Source of the DNA: Persephonella sp. IF05-L8
GTDB lineage: Bacteria > Aquificota > Aquificia > Aquificales > Hydrogenothermaceae
Length of the DNA: 64,000 nt
Direction: 5' to 3'
Assembly (NCBI RefSeq): GCF_000703045.1
Contig: NZ_JNLJ01000005.1
Coordinates: 37,023 to 101,022, forward strand
Below are positions 19,108 to 28,791 of this stretch, one piece after another. Made by a program: the position numbers and the translations under genes. Every line of letters begins with the position of its first letter. Within the stretch, counting starts at the first letter, position 1. The notes under the pieces were generated by a model, which worked only from the letters and a program-made list of their open reading frames with translations, made no database searches and was not told the DNA's origin.

Positions 19108-19543
19108 TATAACCTTCATCAATAACCCGCCCTGTCATAACAAGCTGGACTTCCTGTCTTGTTGCCCCCGGTGGAAGTTCCAGAGTTGGAGTATCCAGTG
19201 CAAAAACCCTGAAGAAATATCTGTGAGGTTTACCTGGTGGTGGACAGGGTCCTCCATACCCAATTCTGCCAAAATCATTTATCCCTTGCTTTATGCTGTC
19301 TATCTGAGGCTCTTTAGGAAGATTTTCCGGAAGAAAATTTATGTCGGGCGGTATATCATAAACTATCCAGTGTGTAAAAGTGCCAAGTGGAGCATCTGTA
19401 TCCTCCATAATAATAACGAAGCTTTGTGTTTCTTCAGGAAAGTTTTCCCATTTAAGCTCAGGTGATATATCTTTTCCATCACAAGTATAGATAGGAGGTA
19501 TAATATCCCCCTCTCTAAAAGCTGAAGTTTTTAGAATAACCAT
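19085..19543 (-). CDS. YbhB/YbcL family Raf kinase inhibitor-like (PEBP) protein
   Basis: CDGKDISPELKW ... HWIVYDIP ... GYGGPCPPPGKPHRYFFRVFALD PEBP signatures. Confidence 0.85.
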   Translation of the reverse strand: MVILKTSAFREGDIIPPIYTCDGKDISPELKWENFPEETQSFVIIMEDTDAPLGTFTHWIVYDIPPDINFLPENLPKEPQIDSIKQGINDFGRIGYGGPCPPPGKPHRYFFRVFALDTPTLELPPGATRQEVQLVMTGRVIDEGYIMGLYGR

Positions 19544-19606
19544 AATAACCCCCTCTTTTAATCCTATTAATTAAAGTTAGTAATCGTTTACATACTTGAC
19601 AACTCT

Positions 19607-20257
19607 TTAGTCTGATTTTTTTATATGCCTGATAGCACTTTCTTGTTTCTTGTATTTAACCACATCTTCTGTAGCCCATTTATTAACTATTAATTCCATT
19701 TCTCTATCAGATAAAGATAATTTATTATAAAATCCTCTTTCCTCTCTTTGCCTTTGAGCTTCATACAAGATTACACCTGTAGCAACGGATACATTTAAAC
19801 TCTGTGCCATTCCATACATGGGTATTACTATGTTGTGGTCTGCATATTTCAGGACTTCTTTACTTACCCCGTGGATTTCATTTCCTACTACGATTAATGT
19901 AGGCTTTGTGTAGTCTATCTCTCTAAAATGAACACTTTTGTCTGATAAATACGTGGCAACAATCTGAAATCCTTCCTCTTTTTTATTTCTAAAAAATGTA
20001 TCTATATCCTCAACTTCTTGATGGATTACCCATTTGTGAGAACCCATTGTTATTTCTTCATTTATAAGTTCCCCTTCCCCTAAAAATCTGTAATACATAT
20101 ACAGAACTCCAACAGCATCACATGTTCTTAAAATTGCAGAGAAATTATGCTGATTTTTTACATTATCAGAAAAAACCTGCAGGTCTTTTTGTCTTTTTTG
20201 CAGAACTTTTCTAATTTTCTCCAGACGTTTTTCAGTTATAAACATTTTTCCCCTCAT
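19607..20257 (-). CDS. trmH: SpoU/TrmH family tRNA (Gm18) 2'-O-methyltransferase
   Basis: SpoU MTase motifs (NFSAILRTCDAVGV, VVGNEIHGVS, SLNVSVATGVILYE). Confidence 0.8.
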   Translation of the reverse strand: MRGKMFITEKRLEKIRKVLQKRQKDLQVFSDNVKNQHNFSAILRTCDAVGVLYMYYRFLGEGELINEEITMGSHKWVIHQEVEDIDTFFRNKKEEGFQIVATYLSDKSVHFREIDYTKPTLIVVGNEIHGVSKEVLKYADHNIVIPMYGMAQSLNVSVATGVILYEAQRQREERGFYNKLSLSDREMELIVNKWATEDVVKYKKQESAIRHIKKSD

Positions 20258-20301
20258 TATAATTTATAATTTAATTTTACACCAATAAATAGGAGGTCTT
20301 A

Positions 20302-20469
20302 ATGAACGAAACTACTGAATTATGGCTGGCAATTGTCGTTTTTGGAATTATGTTTGGACTGATTATCTTTCTTATGATTTACTGGTCAAAAAAGGGAACA
20401 GTTGTTGATGAAAGGGATAAAAAATGGTATGACCAGAAGAAAAAAACAGATGAGGAAAATCACACCTGA
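20302..20469 (+). CDS. small membrane protein (55 aa), not in the supplied ORF track
   Basis: ATG at 20302 directly after a purine-rich run that includes AGGAGG; encodes MNETTELWLAIVVFGIMFGLIIFLMIYWSKKGTVVDERDKKWYDQKKKTDEENHT; one TM helix. Confidence 0.4.
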   Translation: MNETTELWLAIVVFGIMFGLIIFLMIYWSKKGTVVDERDKKWYDQKKKTDEENHT

Positions 20470-20521
20470 AACAAACAAATAGGCATAAAATATCTCAAAA
20501 TCATTGAAAAGAGGTAAAAGT

Positions 20522-21016
20522 ATGAATACAGCTGAAAAAAAGATAGATATTTATATTTTCAAAGGACACCCTGAAAAAGTTTATACACAGGTTGCCCCAT
20601 GGGCAGAAATAGATAACTCAGAAGCTTATATGGAAATTCCATTTGAGTTTTATCTGGATATGCCGGAAGAAGAAAAGGCTTTTGTGGAAGGTTTTAATAA
20701 ATTTATAGATGGGGATTTTAAAGGCTCCAGAAGAGAGCTTGCAAAAAGTGCCTCAAAAATTCCCGAAGCCAAGTATATGTTCGCACTTGTTAATATAGTT
20801 TTAGGAAAATTCAGGGAAGCCTCTTTACTCCTTTCTGGATTTCAACCTGACTGGACAAGGTTTATTCAGACATGGCGAGTTCCAATCCTAATTGTTCCTT
20901 TCAGTTCCGGAGAAAAAGCACTTTATATTGCCCTTGATGAAAAAGGAATGCAGGCATTAAACTACTTACTGGAAGGAAAAACTCCTGAGGAAATAGCATT
21001 TCTACTGGGATTATAA
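20522..21016 (+). CDS. hypothetical protein
   Basis: Listed ORF starts 20504; a second ATG at 20522 has a better Shine-Dalgarno (AAGAGGT, 6-nt spacer). No motif I recognise. Stop overlaps tldD start. Confidence 0.5.
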   Translation: MNTAEKKIDIYIFKGHPEKVYTQVAPWAEIDNSEAYMEIPFEFYLDMPEEEKAFVEGFNKFIDGDFKGSRRELAKSASKIPEAKYMFALVNIVLGKFREASLLLSGFQPDWTRFIQTWRVPILIVPFSSGEKALYIALDEKGMQALNYLLEGKTPEEIAFLLGL

Positions 21017-22401
21017 TGAAAAACTTTATCCGTGAGATAGCACCTTATCTACTCACAAGGCTTATGTCAAATGGTGGAGAGTTTGGAGAAATATTTTATG
21101 AAAGAATATACTCTACCATTCTAAAATATGAAGATAACCGGCTCAGCAAAGCAGTTGAAGGAATAGATGAGGGTGTTGGAATTAGATTAATTAAAAATGG
21201 GAAAACCTATTATGGATATACCTCAGAAATAACCAGAGAAAATCTTGAGTTGTTGGTTAGCACAATCAACTCCCACGAAGGTGAAGGAAAAATAAAAGTA
21301 GGCATTGAACATCTTATCGGATATTCTCCTGCAAAAATAGACCCTGAGGATTACTTTTTGAAAAGGAAAAAGGAGATACTTCTTACGGCGAATGATATAG
21401 TAAGAAGCTATGACCCAAAGATAAAACAGGCAGGAATTACTCTAAAGGATACAAAGCGGGAAATCCTAATTATTAATACAGATGGGGATATAGTTGAAGA
21501 CACTCAAATAAGAGTTGCCCTTTATGTAGAGGCTATAGCATCCGACGGCAAAAATCTATATAGAGGGTACGAGACTGCCGGTGGTGCTGTAGGATATGAG
21601 TTTTTTCAGGGAGATACCATTAACATAATTGATTATGTAGCCTCAAAAGCAGCTCACCGGGCAGTCTTAGGACTTAATGCAAAGCCTGCTCCCCTTGGAA
21701 GTATGCCGGTTATTATTTCCTCTGAAGCCGGTGGAACAATGATACATGAGGCTGTAGGTCATGGCCTTGAGGCTGACCTTGCAGAAAAAGGAATGTCCGT
21801 TTATGCAGGAAAAATCGGGGAGAAAGTAGCTTCTGAAAAGATAACTGTTATTGATGATGGAACCATAGAAGGTAAAATGGGTAGCTTTAATTTTGATGAT
21901 GAAGGAGTTCCCGCCCAGAGAACCGTTTTAATTGAGAACGGTATTTTGAAAGGCTTTATGTATGACAGATTAACTGCAATGCAAACAGGAAAAAGCTCAA
22001 CAGGAAACGGAAGGAGAGATACATACCGAAACATTCCAATTGTAAGAATGAGGAATACCTTTATTGCTCCTGGTCAAGACAACCCCCATGATTTTATAAA
22101 GGATACCAAAAAGGGATTATATGTTGTAAAAATGGGTGGTGGACAGGTTAACACCGTTAACGGAGATTTTATGTTTGAAATAATTGAAGGATATATGATA
22201 GAAAATGGAGAAATAACCTATCCGATTAAAGGTGCTGCCCTTATGGGAAATGGTCCTAAGGCAATGCAGGATGTTGAGGCTGTTGGATACGATATAAGCT
22301 GGGCAATTGGAACATGCGGTAAAAATGGACAGGCTGCCCCTGTTGGTGATGCCCAACCTACCATAAAAATAAAATCACTTATAGTGGGAGGAAGCTCTTG
22401 A
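21016..22401 (+). CDS. tldD: TldD/PmbA-family metallopeptidase
   Basis: 461 aa; HEAVGHGLEAD zinc-binding motif and Gly-rich C-terminal region typical of TldD. Confidence 0.85.
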   Translation: MKNFIREIAPYLLTRLMSNGGEFGEIFYERIYSTILKYEDNRLSKAVEGIDEGVGIRLIKNGKTYYGYTSEITRENLELLVSTINSHEGEGKIKVGIEHLIGYSPAKIDPEDYFLKRKKEILLTANDIVRSYDPKIKQAGITLKDTKREILIINTDGDIVEDTQIRVALYVEAIASDGKNLYRGYETAGGAVGYEFFQGDTINIIDYVASKAAHRAVLGLNAKPAPLGSMPVIISSEAGGTMIHEAVGHGLEADLAEKGMSVYAGKIGEKVASEKITVIDDGTIEGKMGSFNFDDEGVPAQRTVLIENGILKGFMYDRLTAMQTGKSSTGNGRRDTYRNIPIVRMRNTFIAPGQDNPHDFIKDTKKGLYVVKMGGGQVNTVNGDFMFEIIEGYMIENGEITYPIKGAALMGNGPKAMQDVEAVGYDISWAIGTCGKNGQAAPVGDAQPTIKIKSLIVGGSS

Positions 22402-22961
22402 AAAATAAAGCAGTTTTTCTTGATAGAGATGGAGTAATTAATGAGGATTTTGGGTATGTCCATAAAATAGAGAATTTCCATATTTATCCTGAGGTTTTTC
22501 CGGCTTTAAGAAAATTACAGGAAGCAGGTTATAAGCTTCTTGTGGTAACAAACCAGTCTGGCATTGCAGTGGGATATTACACAGAGGAAGATTTTTTAAA
22601 ACTGACAGAATATATGCTAAAGGTTTTTGAAAAAGAAGGAATAAAGATAGATAAGGTGTATTACTGTCCACACCATCCAGAAGGGATAATTCCTGAACTC
22701 ACAATGAAATGTGATTGTAGAAAGCCTGAAAGCGGGATGATAAGACAGGGGATACAGGAGTTTAATATAGACCCGTCTGCCTCCTTTTTAATAGGGGATA
22801 AAGAAACAGACATAAAAGCTGCACACAAAGAAGGTATAAAAGCTGCTCTGGTGAAAACAGGACAAGGAATGAAATATGTTGAAAACACAGAGGCAGATTA
22901 TATTGGAGAAAATATTCTTGATGTGGTGGAAAATTTTATTCTGAAAGAAGCTAAGGTTTGA
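22398..22961 (+). CDS. gmhB: D,D-heptose 1,7-bisphosphate phosphatase (HAD-IIIA)
   Basis: FLDRDGVIN HAD motif I; VVTNQSG; CxH...CxC zinc motif (CPHHP...CDCRKP). Confidence 0.8.
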   Translation: MKNKAVFLDRDGVINEDFGYVHKIENFHIYPEVFPALRKLQEAGYKLLVVTNQSGIAVGYYTEEDFLKLTEYMLKVFEKEGIKIDKVYYCPHHPEGIIPELTMKCDCRKPESGMIRQGIQEFNIDPSASFLIGDKETDIKAAHKEGIKAALVKTGQGMKYVENTEADYIGENILDVVENFILKEAKV

Positions 22962-23358
22962 TATTCCTTTTATCCTCAACTATCTCAACAAAATTCCCAT
23001 CAGGGTCTTTAATAAAAAAGTATAAAATCCCTGTTCTCCCTTTTTTTATTTCTATATCTTCCTGAATTATGCCTTTATTCAATAAATATTCCTTTGCTTT
23101 TTTTATGTCAGAGACAGATAAAGCAAAATGTTTAACACCAATTCTTTTTAAATCTTCCCATAGTTCAAGAGCTTCTTTACTGATATGTTCTTTAAAACAA
23201 AACAGTTCAAGTATAAATCCATCTATATATAAATGCTTAATCTCTAAGTTATCATCCTTGTATCCGGTTAATTCTTTAAAACCAAGTATAGAGTAAAACT
23301 CTACAGCTTTTTCCATATTCGAAACAGAAACAGCAACATGATGAATTTTAAAATCCAT
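22951..23358 (-). CDS. VOC family (glyoxalase/bleomycin resistance fold) protein
   Basis: IHHVAVSVSNMEKAVEFY ... HFALSV ... DPDGNFVEIVE. Confidence 0.75.
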   Translation of the reverse strand: MDFKIHHVAVSVSNMEKAVEFYSILGFKELTGYKDDNLEIKHLYIDGFILELFCFKEHISKEALELWEDLKRIGVKHFALSVSDIKKAKEYLLNKGIIQEDIEIKKGRTGILYFFIKDPDGNFVEIVEDKRNIKP

Positions 23359-23374
23359 TCTTGTCTTCCTTAAT

Positions 23375-24454
23375 TTAGAATAGCTTACCTATTTTTCTAA
23401 ATCCAAATATGTATAGAGCCACACTTAAAATTGTCAATGCTACAAAATAAATTGTTAAATCTACCGATGGAATTCCCCTAAAAAATATACTGATACTTCC
23501 CTCTATATAGTATCTTAAAGGAGAAAAATAAGAAAAATACTGGATTACAGGATGCATTGAGTATATAGGTGTCCATGCACCACTGAGGAAGATAACAGGC
23601 ATCATTATTATTACAGATAGCTGTGCTACCTGAAGCATATTTTGTGTTACAGATGCAATAAAAAGCCCTATCCCACTAACAGAAAGCAGATAAACAAAGG
23701 TAAATACAATAAAGACCCAAAAATTGCCATTCATAGGCAGATTAAATACACCAAATAAAATTAAACCTACACTTAAAATAGTGCCAATCATAGTAATAAT
23801 AATCTGGGAAAAACTTTTAGCAAAAATAATAAGTTTTGAGTTAACAGGCATTAAGAGCATTATATCCCATGTTCCGTTTTCTTTTTCTCTGACAAAAACA
23901 ACAGCAGAAAGAATAACCCCAAGTAATGTTAAATTTGATAAAAACTCTGCAAAAGATATAAATTGTCGCGTATCTGCATTCTGATTAAAAATTTTATGAA
24001 TTTTTAGTTCAACAGGAAATTCAAGCTGGGAATAATTCATCACTATGTTTTGTAAATAAGTCAAAGTTATAAATGCCTGTGCTGCAGCTGTGGAATCCAG
24101 CAAAACATTAAGCTGTGTTTTGCCATTTTTATAGATAGATTTTTCAAAATCAGGTTCAAATATCAGACCAACCATAATCTCCCTATCAAATATAGCTCTG
24201 CTTAATTCTTCCTGAGATTTAAACTCAACAGGTGGCTTGAACTCAGGACTGTGTAGATGATTTAAGATTTTTTTAGAAATAACTCCCTTTGAGTAATCCA
24301 CATAACCAATAGATACATTTCTTGGTTTTACCTCAAATCCCTGCCCTGCAACATAAACATCTATTGTGAAAGAGTAAAGCAAGACAATGACCAATCCCCA
24401 GTTTCTCAAAAAAGTTATTATTTCTTTTACAAAAATACTCCAGAAAGCCTTCAT
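23375..24454 (-). CDS. ABC-2 type transporter permease
   Basis: 359 aa; N-terminal TM, periplasmic domain, then a C-terminal 5-6 TM bundle; adjacent paralog. Confidence 0.7.
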   Translation of the reverse strand: MKAFWSIFVKEIITFLRNWGLVIVLLYSFTIDVYVAGQGFEVKPRNVSIGYVDYSKGVISKKILNHLHSPEFKPPVEFKSQEELSRAIFDREIMVGLIFEPDFEKSIYKNGKTQLNVLLDSTAAAQAFITLTYLQNIVMNYSQLEFPVELKIHKIFNQNADTRQFISFAEFLSNLTLLGVILSAVVFVREKENGTWDIMLLMPVNSKLIIFAKSFSQIIITMIGTILSVGLILFGVFNLPMNGNFWVFIVFTFVYLLSVSGIGLFIASVTQNMLQVAQLSVIIMMPVIFLSGAWTPIYSMHPVIQYFSYFSPLRYYIEGSISIFFRGIPSVDLTIYFVALTILSVALYIFGFRKIGKLF

Positions 24455-25569
24455 CTCAGTTCCTTTTTCATTAGAATACTACCTATAATAAGCAGAGCAG
24501 ATGTATATCCAATCATAATGAGAAAATAGATAACATTTTTTTCCGAGGAAAATCCCTGTCCTATCAGAAAAGAATCGTAAACAATATGGTTGTAATACAT
24601 AACAGGGAATAAATGAGCTTCTATATAAGCTTCCCCTGTCATTGAGGATACAGGCATAAGTATCCCTGAGTATAAAAACCCAGGGATTACAGTAATAATT
24701 ATGGTCACTATCAAAGCAACTATCTGTGTTCTTGTTATAACTGAAACCAGTAGACCAATAGCAACGCTAATCAGCACATAAATTTCTGAAGATAGCCAGA
24801 ATATAAAAAAACTTCCTTTAAAAGGAACTTGAAACAGATAAGTAGCCCACAAAAATAAGATAAAAATATTTATTGAATGGAGAAAAAATACAGGCAGTAA
24901 TTTTGCGATTAAAAAATCTATCTTTCTAACAGGAGAGGAATAGAAATTAAAAATAGTTCCCATCTCTTTTTCTTTGACAATAAGCAAAGCCGATAAAATA
25001 GCAGGTGCTACCAGCAAAATAATTCCCAGTAAACCGGGGACTATGGCATTTTCGTCCCTCATAGATTGATTAAACAAATTACGATGATTTATCGTAATTA
25101 AATTTTTGACAGGAATGTTTTTCAAATAAGAAGAGGCAGCATTAAGTATCATTCCCTCAACATAGCTTTGCATTGTAACTCCCCGTAGTGGGAAAGAAGC
25201 ATCAATAAAAGCAGCTATTTCTGTTTTCTGGCCTTTTAGCAGTTTTTTTTCAAATCCTTCAGGGATTATAATTAAGATATCAACTTTACCCTGTTTCATT
25301 CTCTCTAAGATTTTATTTTCCGGTTCATAGGAAACGGTAGTGTCAAAATATTTGGAATGTTCAAATTTGGATACAAGCTGATAAGAAAGTTTACTCTGGT
25401 CATAATCCAGAATAACTGTTCTTGAATGTGTTACTTCCATCCTGATACCGTAACCAAAAAGGAGCATAACCATTGTAGGAAACAGATATACAAGTATGAT
25501 AAATCTTGACCTGACCAGTTCTGTAATTTCTTTTAGAATATAAGCTTTTATAACTCCAATATTTATCAT
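24451..25569 (-). CDS. ABC-2 type transporter permease
   Basis: 372 aa; same architecture as the downstream paralog; 4-nt overlap. Confidence 0.7.
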   Translation of the reverse strand: MINIGVIKAYILKEITELVRSRFIILVYLFPTMVMLLFGYGIRMEVTHSRTVILDYDQSKLSYQLVSKFEHSKYFDTTVSYEPENKILERMKQGKVDILIIIPEGFEKKLLKGQKTEIAAFIDASFPLRGVTMQSYVEGMILNAASSYLKNIPVKNLITINHRNLFNQSMRDENAIVPGLLGIILLVAPAILSALLIVKEKEMGTIFNFYSSPVRKIDFLIAKLLPVFFLHSINIFILFLWATYLFQVPFKGSFFIFWLSSEIYVLISVAIGLLVSVITRTQIVALIVTIIITVIPGFLYSGILMPVSSMTGEAYIEAHLFPVMYYNHIVYDSFLIGQGFSSEKNVIYFLIMIGYTSALLIIGSILMKKELR

Positions 25570-25660
25570 CCTATCTAATAATCTATAATTATTTTTGTAG
25601 AAAAGGAATATTGAAAATTACTTTTCAGAGAATATTTTTCTATAAAAAACTAACCTGATT

Positions 25661-26767
25661 GTGAGGAGCATGGAAAAAATAAAAAGCCTGATAAATCTTG
25701 AGGAAATAGAGCCTGAAGCATTAAAACAGATATATGATGTGGCCTCTCTGGATATTGTAAAAAAACTGGCAATTATGCCTGATGTTCATGCCGGATATGA
25801 CCTTTGTATAGGTGGTGTAGCTCTTGTTGATGGACATATATCTCCTTCCTTTGTCGGATACGATATAGGCTGTGGAATGTGCTTTGTGGACACAGGAGTA
25901 AAGACTGAAGAGATTTTCAAAACCAAAAAAGACAGGGAAAAAGTTGCACAGGAGATATACAAAGAAATACCTGTAGGCAAAAATATCAGGAAAAAGCCCC
26001 TTGATTATACACCTTTCCGTTCAGCTTCAGGGGACAAAAATCTGAATAAAAAGGTCAATGACAAACTATTTCATTCACTTGGGACACTGGGAAGTGGTAA
26101 TCATTTCATTGAGATAGGGGAAAATCTTGAGGGGAATGTATGCATTACAATACACTCAGGTTCAAGGAATATAGGGCACTCTATAGCCTCTTACTATATG
26201 AAAAAAGGTAGATTTCTGCCTGTAGATGGCTTCTGGGGACAGGCTTATATTGAGGATATGAATTTTGCCCTTGAGTATGCCCTTGAAAACAGACTAACAA
26301 TGATGAAAAAAATCTTGCAGATTTTAGGATTTACAGAAAAAGAGATTAAGAAACTGATAGACAAAAAGTTAATCAATGAAAACCACAACCATGCAGTCCT
26401 TACAGAAGAAGGGGTTCTTCACAGGAAAGGTGCAACCCCTGCAGAAAAAGGTCAATACGGAATAATCCCTGCCAATATGAAAGATGGTGTTTATGTGACG
26501 GTAGGGCTTAGGAATAAAGAGTTTTTATCTTCTGCTTCCCATGGGGCAGGTAGAGTATTATCCAGAAGAAAAGCAAAGGAAACAATAGACCTGAAAGAGT
26601 TCAAGAAAGTTATGGAACAGGCAGATATTGTGGCAAAAGTCAACGAAAAAACTCTGGATGAAGCTCCATTTGCTTATAAAGATATTAACAAAGTAATTCA
26701 AGCACAGGACGGAGTTGTTATAAAAGTTGTTGATGTGGTTAAACCATTGGTAAATATAAAAGGATAG
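25661..26767 (+). CDS. RtcB-family RNA ligase-like protein, short (RctB-like) variant
   Basis: MPDVHAGYDLCIGGVALV...VGYDIGCGM metal-binding block and the SHGAGR motif. 368 aa is shorter than canonical RtcB (~480 aa). True start may be MEKIKS at 25670. Confidence 0.6.
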   Translation: MRSMEKIKSLINLEEIEPEALKQIYDVASLDIVKKLAIMPDVHAGYDLCIGGVALVDGHISPSFVGYDIGCGMCFVDTGVKTEEIFKTKKDREKVAQEIYKEIPVGKNIRKKPLDYTPFRSASGDKNLNKKVNDKLFHSLGTLGSGNHFIEIGENLEGNVCITIHSGSRNIGHSIASYYMKKGRFLPVDGFWGQAYIEDMNFALEYALENRLTMMKKILQILGFTEKEIKKLIDKKLINENHNHAVLTEEGVLHRKGATPAEKGQYGIIPANMKDGVYVTVGLRNKEFLSSASHGAGRVLSRRKAKETIDLKEFKKVMEQADIVAKVNEKTLDEAPFAYKDINKVIQAQDGVVIKVVDVVKPLVNIKG

Positions 26768-26837
26768 TTCAGGAAAACTATATACCAAAAGCTAACTGCG
26801 TTTATTTTTTGTAAGAATTTCTCCAACACAAAAATTA

Positions 26838-26866
26838 TTGACAATATTACTGGTTCGTTATATATT
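26838..26866 (+). promoter_or_regulatory. sigma-70-like promoter for the tRNA (TTGACA-17 nt-TATATT)
   Basis: TTGACA at 26838-26843, 17-nt spacer, TATATT at 26861-26866, 13 nt before the tRNA 5' end. Confidence 0.55.
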
Positions 26867-26879
26867 ATTATCTCCCTTT

Positions 26880-26956
26880 GGGCCCGTAGCTCAGTTGGTT
26901 AGAGCAGACGGCTCATAACCGTCCGGTCGGAGGTTCGAGTCCTCCCGGGCCCACCA
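26880..26956 (+). tRNA. tRNA with CAT anticodon (elongator Met, or Ile2 if lysidinylated), with encoded CCA
   Basis: GGGCCCG/CGGGCCC acceptor stem, GTAGCTCAGTTGGTTAGAGC D-arm, anticodon loop CUCAUAA, GGTTCGAGTCC T-arm, ACCA 3' end; 77 nt. Confidence 0.9.
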
Positions 26957-28141
26957 TTAATTCCCAATCAAATCCTTGTGAGCCTTTTCCCATACTCTAA
27001 CAGCTTCCTTACATTCCTCAACTGTTGGAACAAGAGCTATTCTGAAATATTTAGACTGACAGGTATTATTCATAATTTCAATTCCAGCACAGAAATTAAC
27101 CCCCGGAGATACAACAATTCCATAATTTAGCAGATGCTTTGCATATTCTTCCCCAGACATGTCTTTAGGTGCTTTTATCCAGAAGTAAAAAGTTGCTTCA
27201 GGATACAGATATTCCAGCCCGATTTTATCAAAAAATTCTATGAATATATCCCTTTTTTCCTTGAAAATTTTCCTTCTTTCTTCAACATGTTTTTCATCTG
27301 ACCATGCAACCTTGGCCGCAGCCTGTATAAAATCCGGAGTGGCTACTCCAAAGGAAGCTCTACCTTTTTTATATTCTGAGATTATCTTTTCATCACCAGC
27401 AACAAAACCTGTTCTGTATCCGGTTAATCCGCTTCTTTTTGAAAGGGAATGAAAAACAACAATTCCTTCAACTCCTACCTGCAACGCAGAAGGAGGTTTT
27501 TCATTAAAATAAAGCTCAGTATAGCACTCATCTGAACACAGGATAATATCGTATTCCCTGCAAATCCCATACATATCCTCAAAATAAGAAAGTGAAGCTG
27601 TTGCTCCTGTTGGATTATGTGGATAATTAAGCCAGACTATCTGGGTTTCTTCCAGTATAGATTTATCAATTTTATCCAGTCTAAGCAAAAATTTATCCTC
27701 TTCTTTTAATGGAATAGCAACAGGTTCCCCGTTGGCATAAAGAGTTCCCCTTTCATACACCGGATATGCTGGAGTTCCAAAAATCACCTTTCTTTTTTCT
27801 GGAACATCAGTATTTATAAAAACCAGTGGAAAATGGAATATTGCCTCTTTTGAACCGTTAGAGGGGATTATTTGGGTATCAGGATTTAGATTAACTCCAA
27901 ATCTATTTTCAAACCATTTTGATATGGCTTCCCGCAGGTCTTTTCTACCTGCAACAGAAGGATACTGACTGACCTCTGGAACTGCATCAATAAGAGCCTG
28001 TCTTATTTTAGGGTCTGTTGGCTCTTTTGGGTCTCCTGTCCCAAAATCATAAATTTTGACCCCTTTTTTCTTCAGTTCAGCTTTTATTCTGTTTAATTCC
28101 TCCATAGGATAAGGTCTGAGATTTTTAATTATATTATTCAT
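26957..28141 (-). CDS. class I/II pyridoxal-phosphate aminotransferase (DapC/DapL-like)
   Basis: 394 aa; SLSKRSGLTGYRTGF PLP-lysine motif; NPTG motif; stop codon abuts the tRNA 3' end. Confidence 0.7.
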   Translation of the reverse strand: MNNIIKNLRPYPMEELNRIKAELKKKGVKIYDFGTGDPKEPTDPKIRQALIDAVPEVSQYPSVAGRKDLREAISKWFENRFGVNLNPDTQIIPSNGSKEAIFHFPLVFINTDVPEKRKVIFGTPAYPVYERGTLYANGEPVAIPLKEEDKFLLRLDKIDKSILEETQIVWLNYPHNPTGATASLSYFEDMYGICREYDIILCSDECYTELYFNEKPPSALQVGVEGIVVFHSLSKRSGLTGYRTGFVAGDEKIISEYKKGRASFGVATPDFIQAAAKVAWSDEKHVEERRKIFKEKRDIFIEFFDKIGLEYLYPEATFYFWIKAPKDMSGEEYAKHLLNYGIVVSPGVNFCAGIEIMNNTCQSKYFRIALVPTVEECKEAVRVWEKAHKDLIGN

Positions 28142-28185
28142 TTCCTCTCCTTGAAATTTTTTAAAATTTTTCTAAGTTATGGGGT

Positions 28186-28791
28186 ATGAAGTTGCTGGAA
28201 AATATTTTAGCAAACAATAAAGATAAGAAAATAATTATAATGCCGATAGGTATTTCCGGCAGTGGAAAGACCACACTTTATAAGCAGTTGTCTGAAAGAT
28301 TTGATATTGAACATATATCCTTTGATACTTTGAGAATGGAAATTTTCAAAAAAGAAACTGGCAAAAATCCAGACAATTACCATCAGGTTTATAGATATAT
28401 AAATGAAAATAGAATAAAGTTGCTGCCACTGGCAAAAAGGAAATTACTAAATACAGATAAAAAAATTGTCTATATAGACAATACAAACCTTAAGAAAAAG
28501 TCCAGAAATAAATTTTTATGTGTAGCACAGGATTACCTGAAAATTGCAATATTTTTTAAACCTGATTTAAAGGAATGTATAAAAAGACAGTTTAAGGAAA
28601 ACAGGGATAAAATAGTTTCTCCAAAGGTTATACTCCAGCAGTTTGAAATGATTGAACCACCAGATTTTGAAGAATTTGATATTATTATAAGAAAAGGTTT
28701 ACGATGGAAAAGTTTGCAGTCATTACAGGAGTTTCAAAAGGACTTGGAAAAGCCCTTTCAGAAGAATTTCAAAAACATGGATACAAAATAA
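28186..28791 (+). CDS. P-loop kinase (AAA/zeta-toxin/polynucleotide-kinase-like ATP-binding protein)
   Basis: Walker A IGISGSGKTTLYKQL near the N-terminus; 201 aa; 3' end overlaps the next gene by 88 nt. Confidence 0.5.
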   Translation: MKLLENILANNKDKKIIIMPIGISGSGKTTLYKQLSERFDIEHISFDTLRMEIFKKETGKNPDNYHQVYRYINENRIKLLPLAKRKLLNTDKKIVYIDNTNLKKKSRNKFLCVAQDYLKIAIFFKPDLKECIKRQFKENRDKIVSPKVILQQFEMIEPPDFEEFDIIIRKGLRWKSLQSLQEFQKDLEKPFQKNFKNMDTK

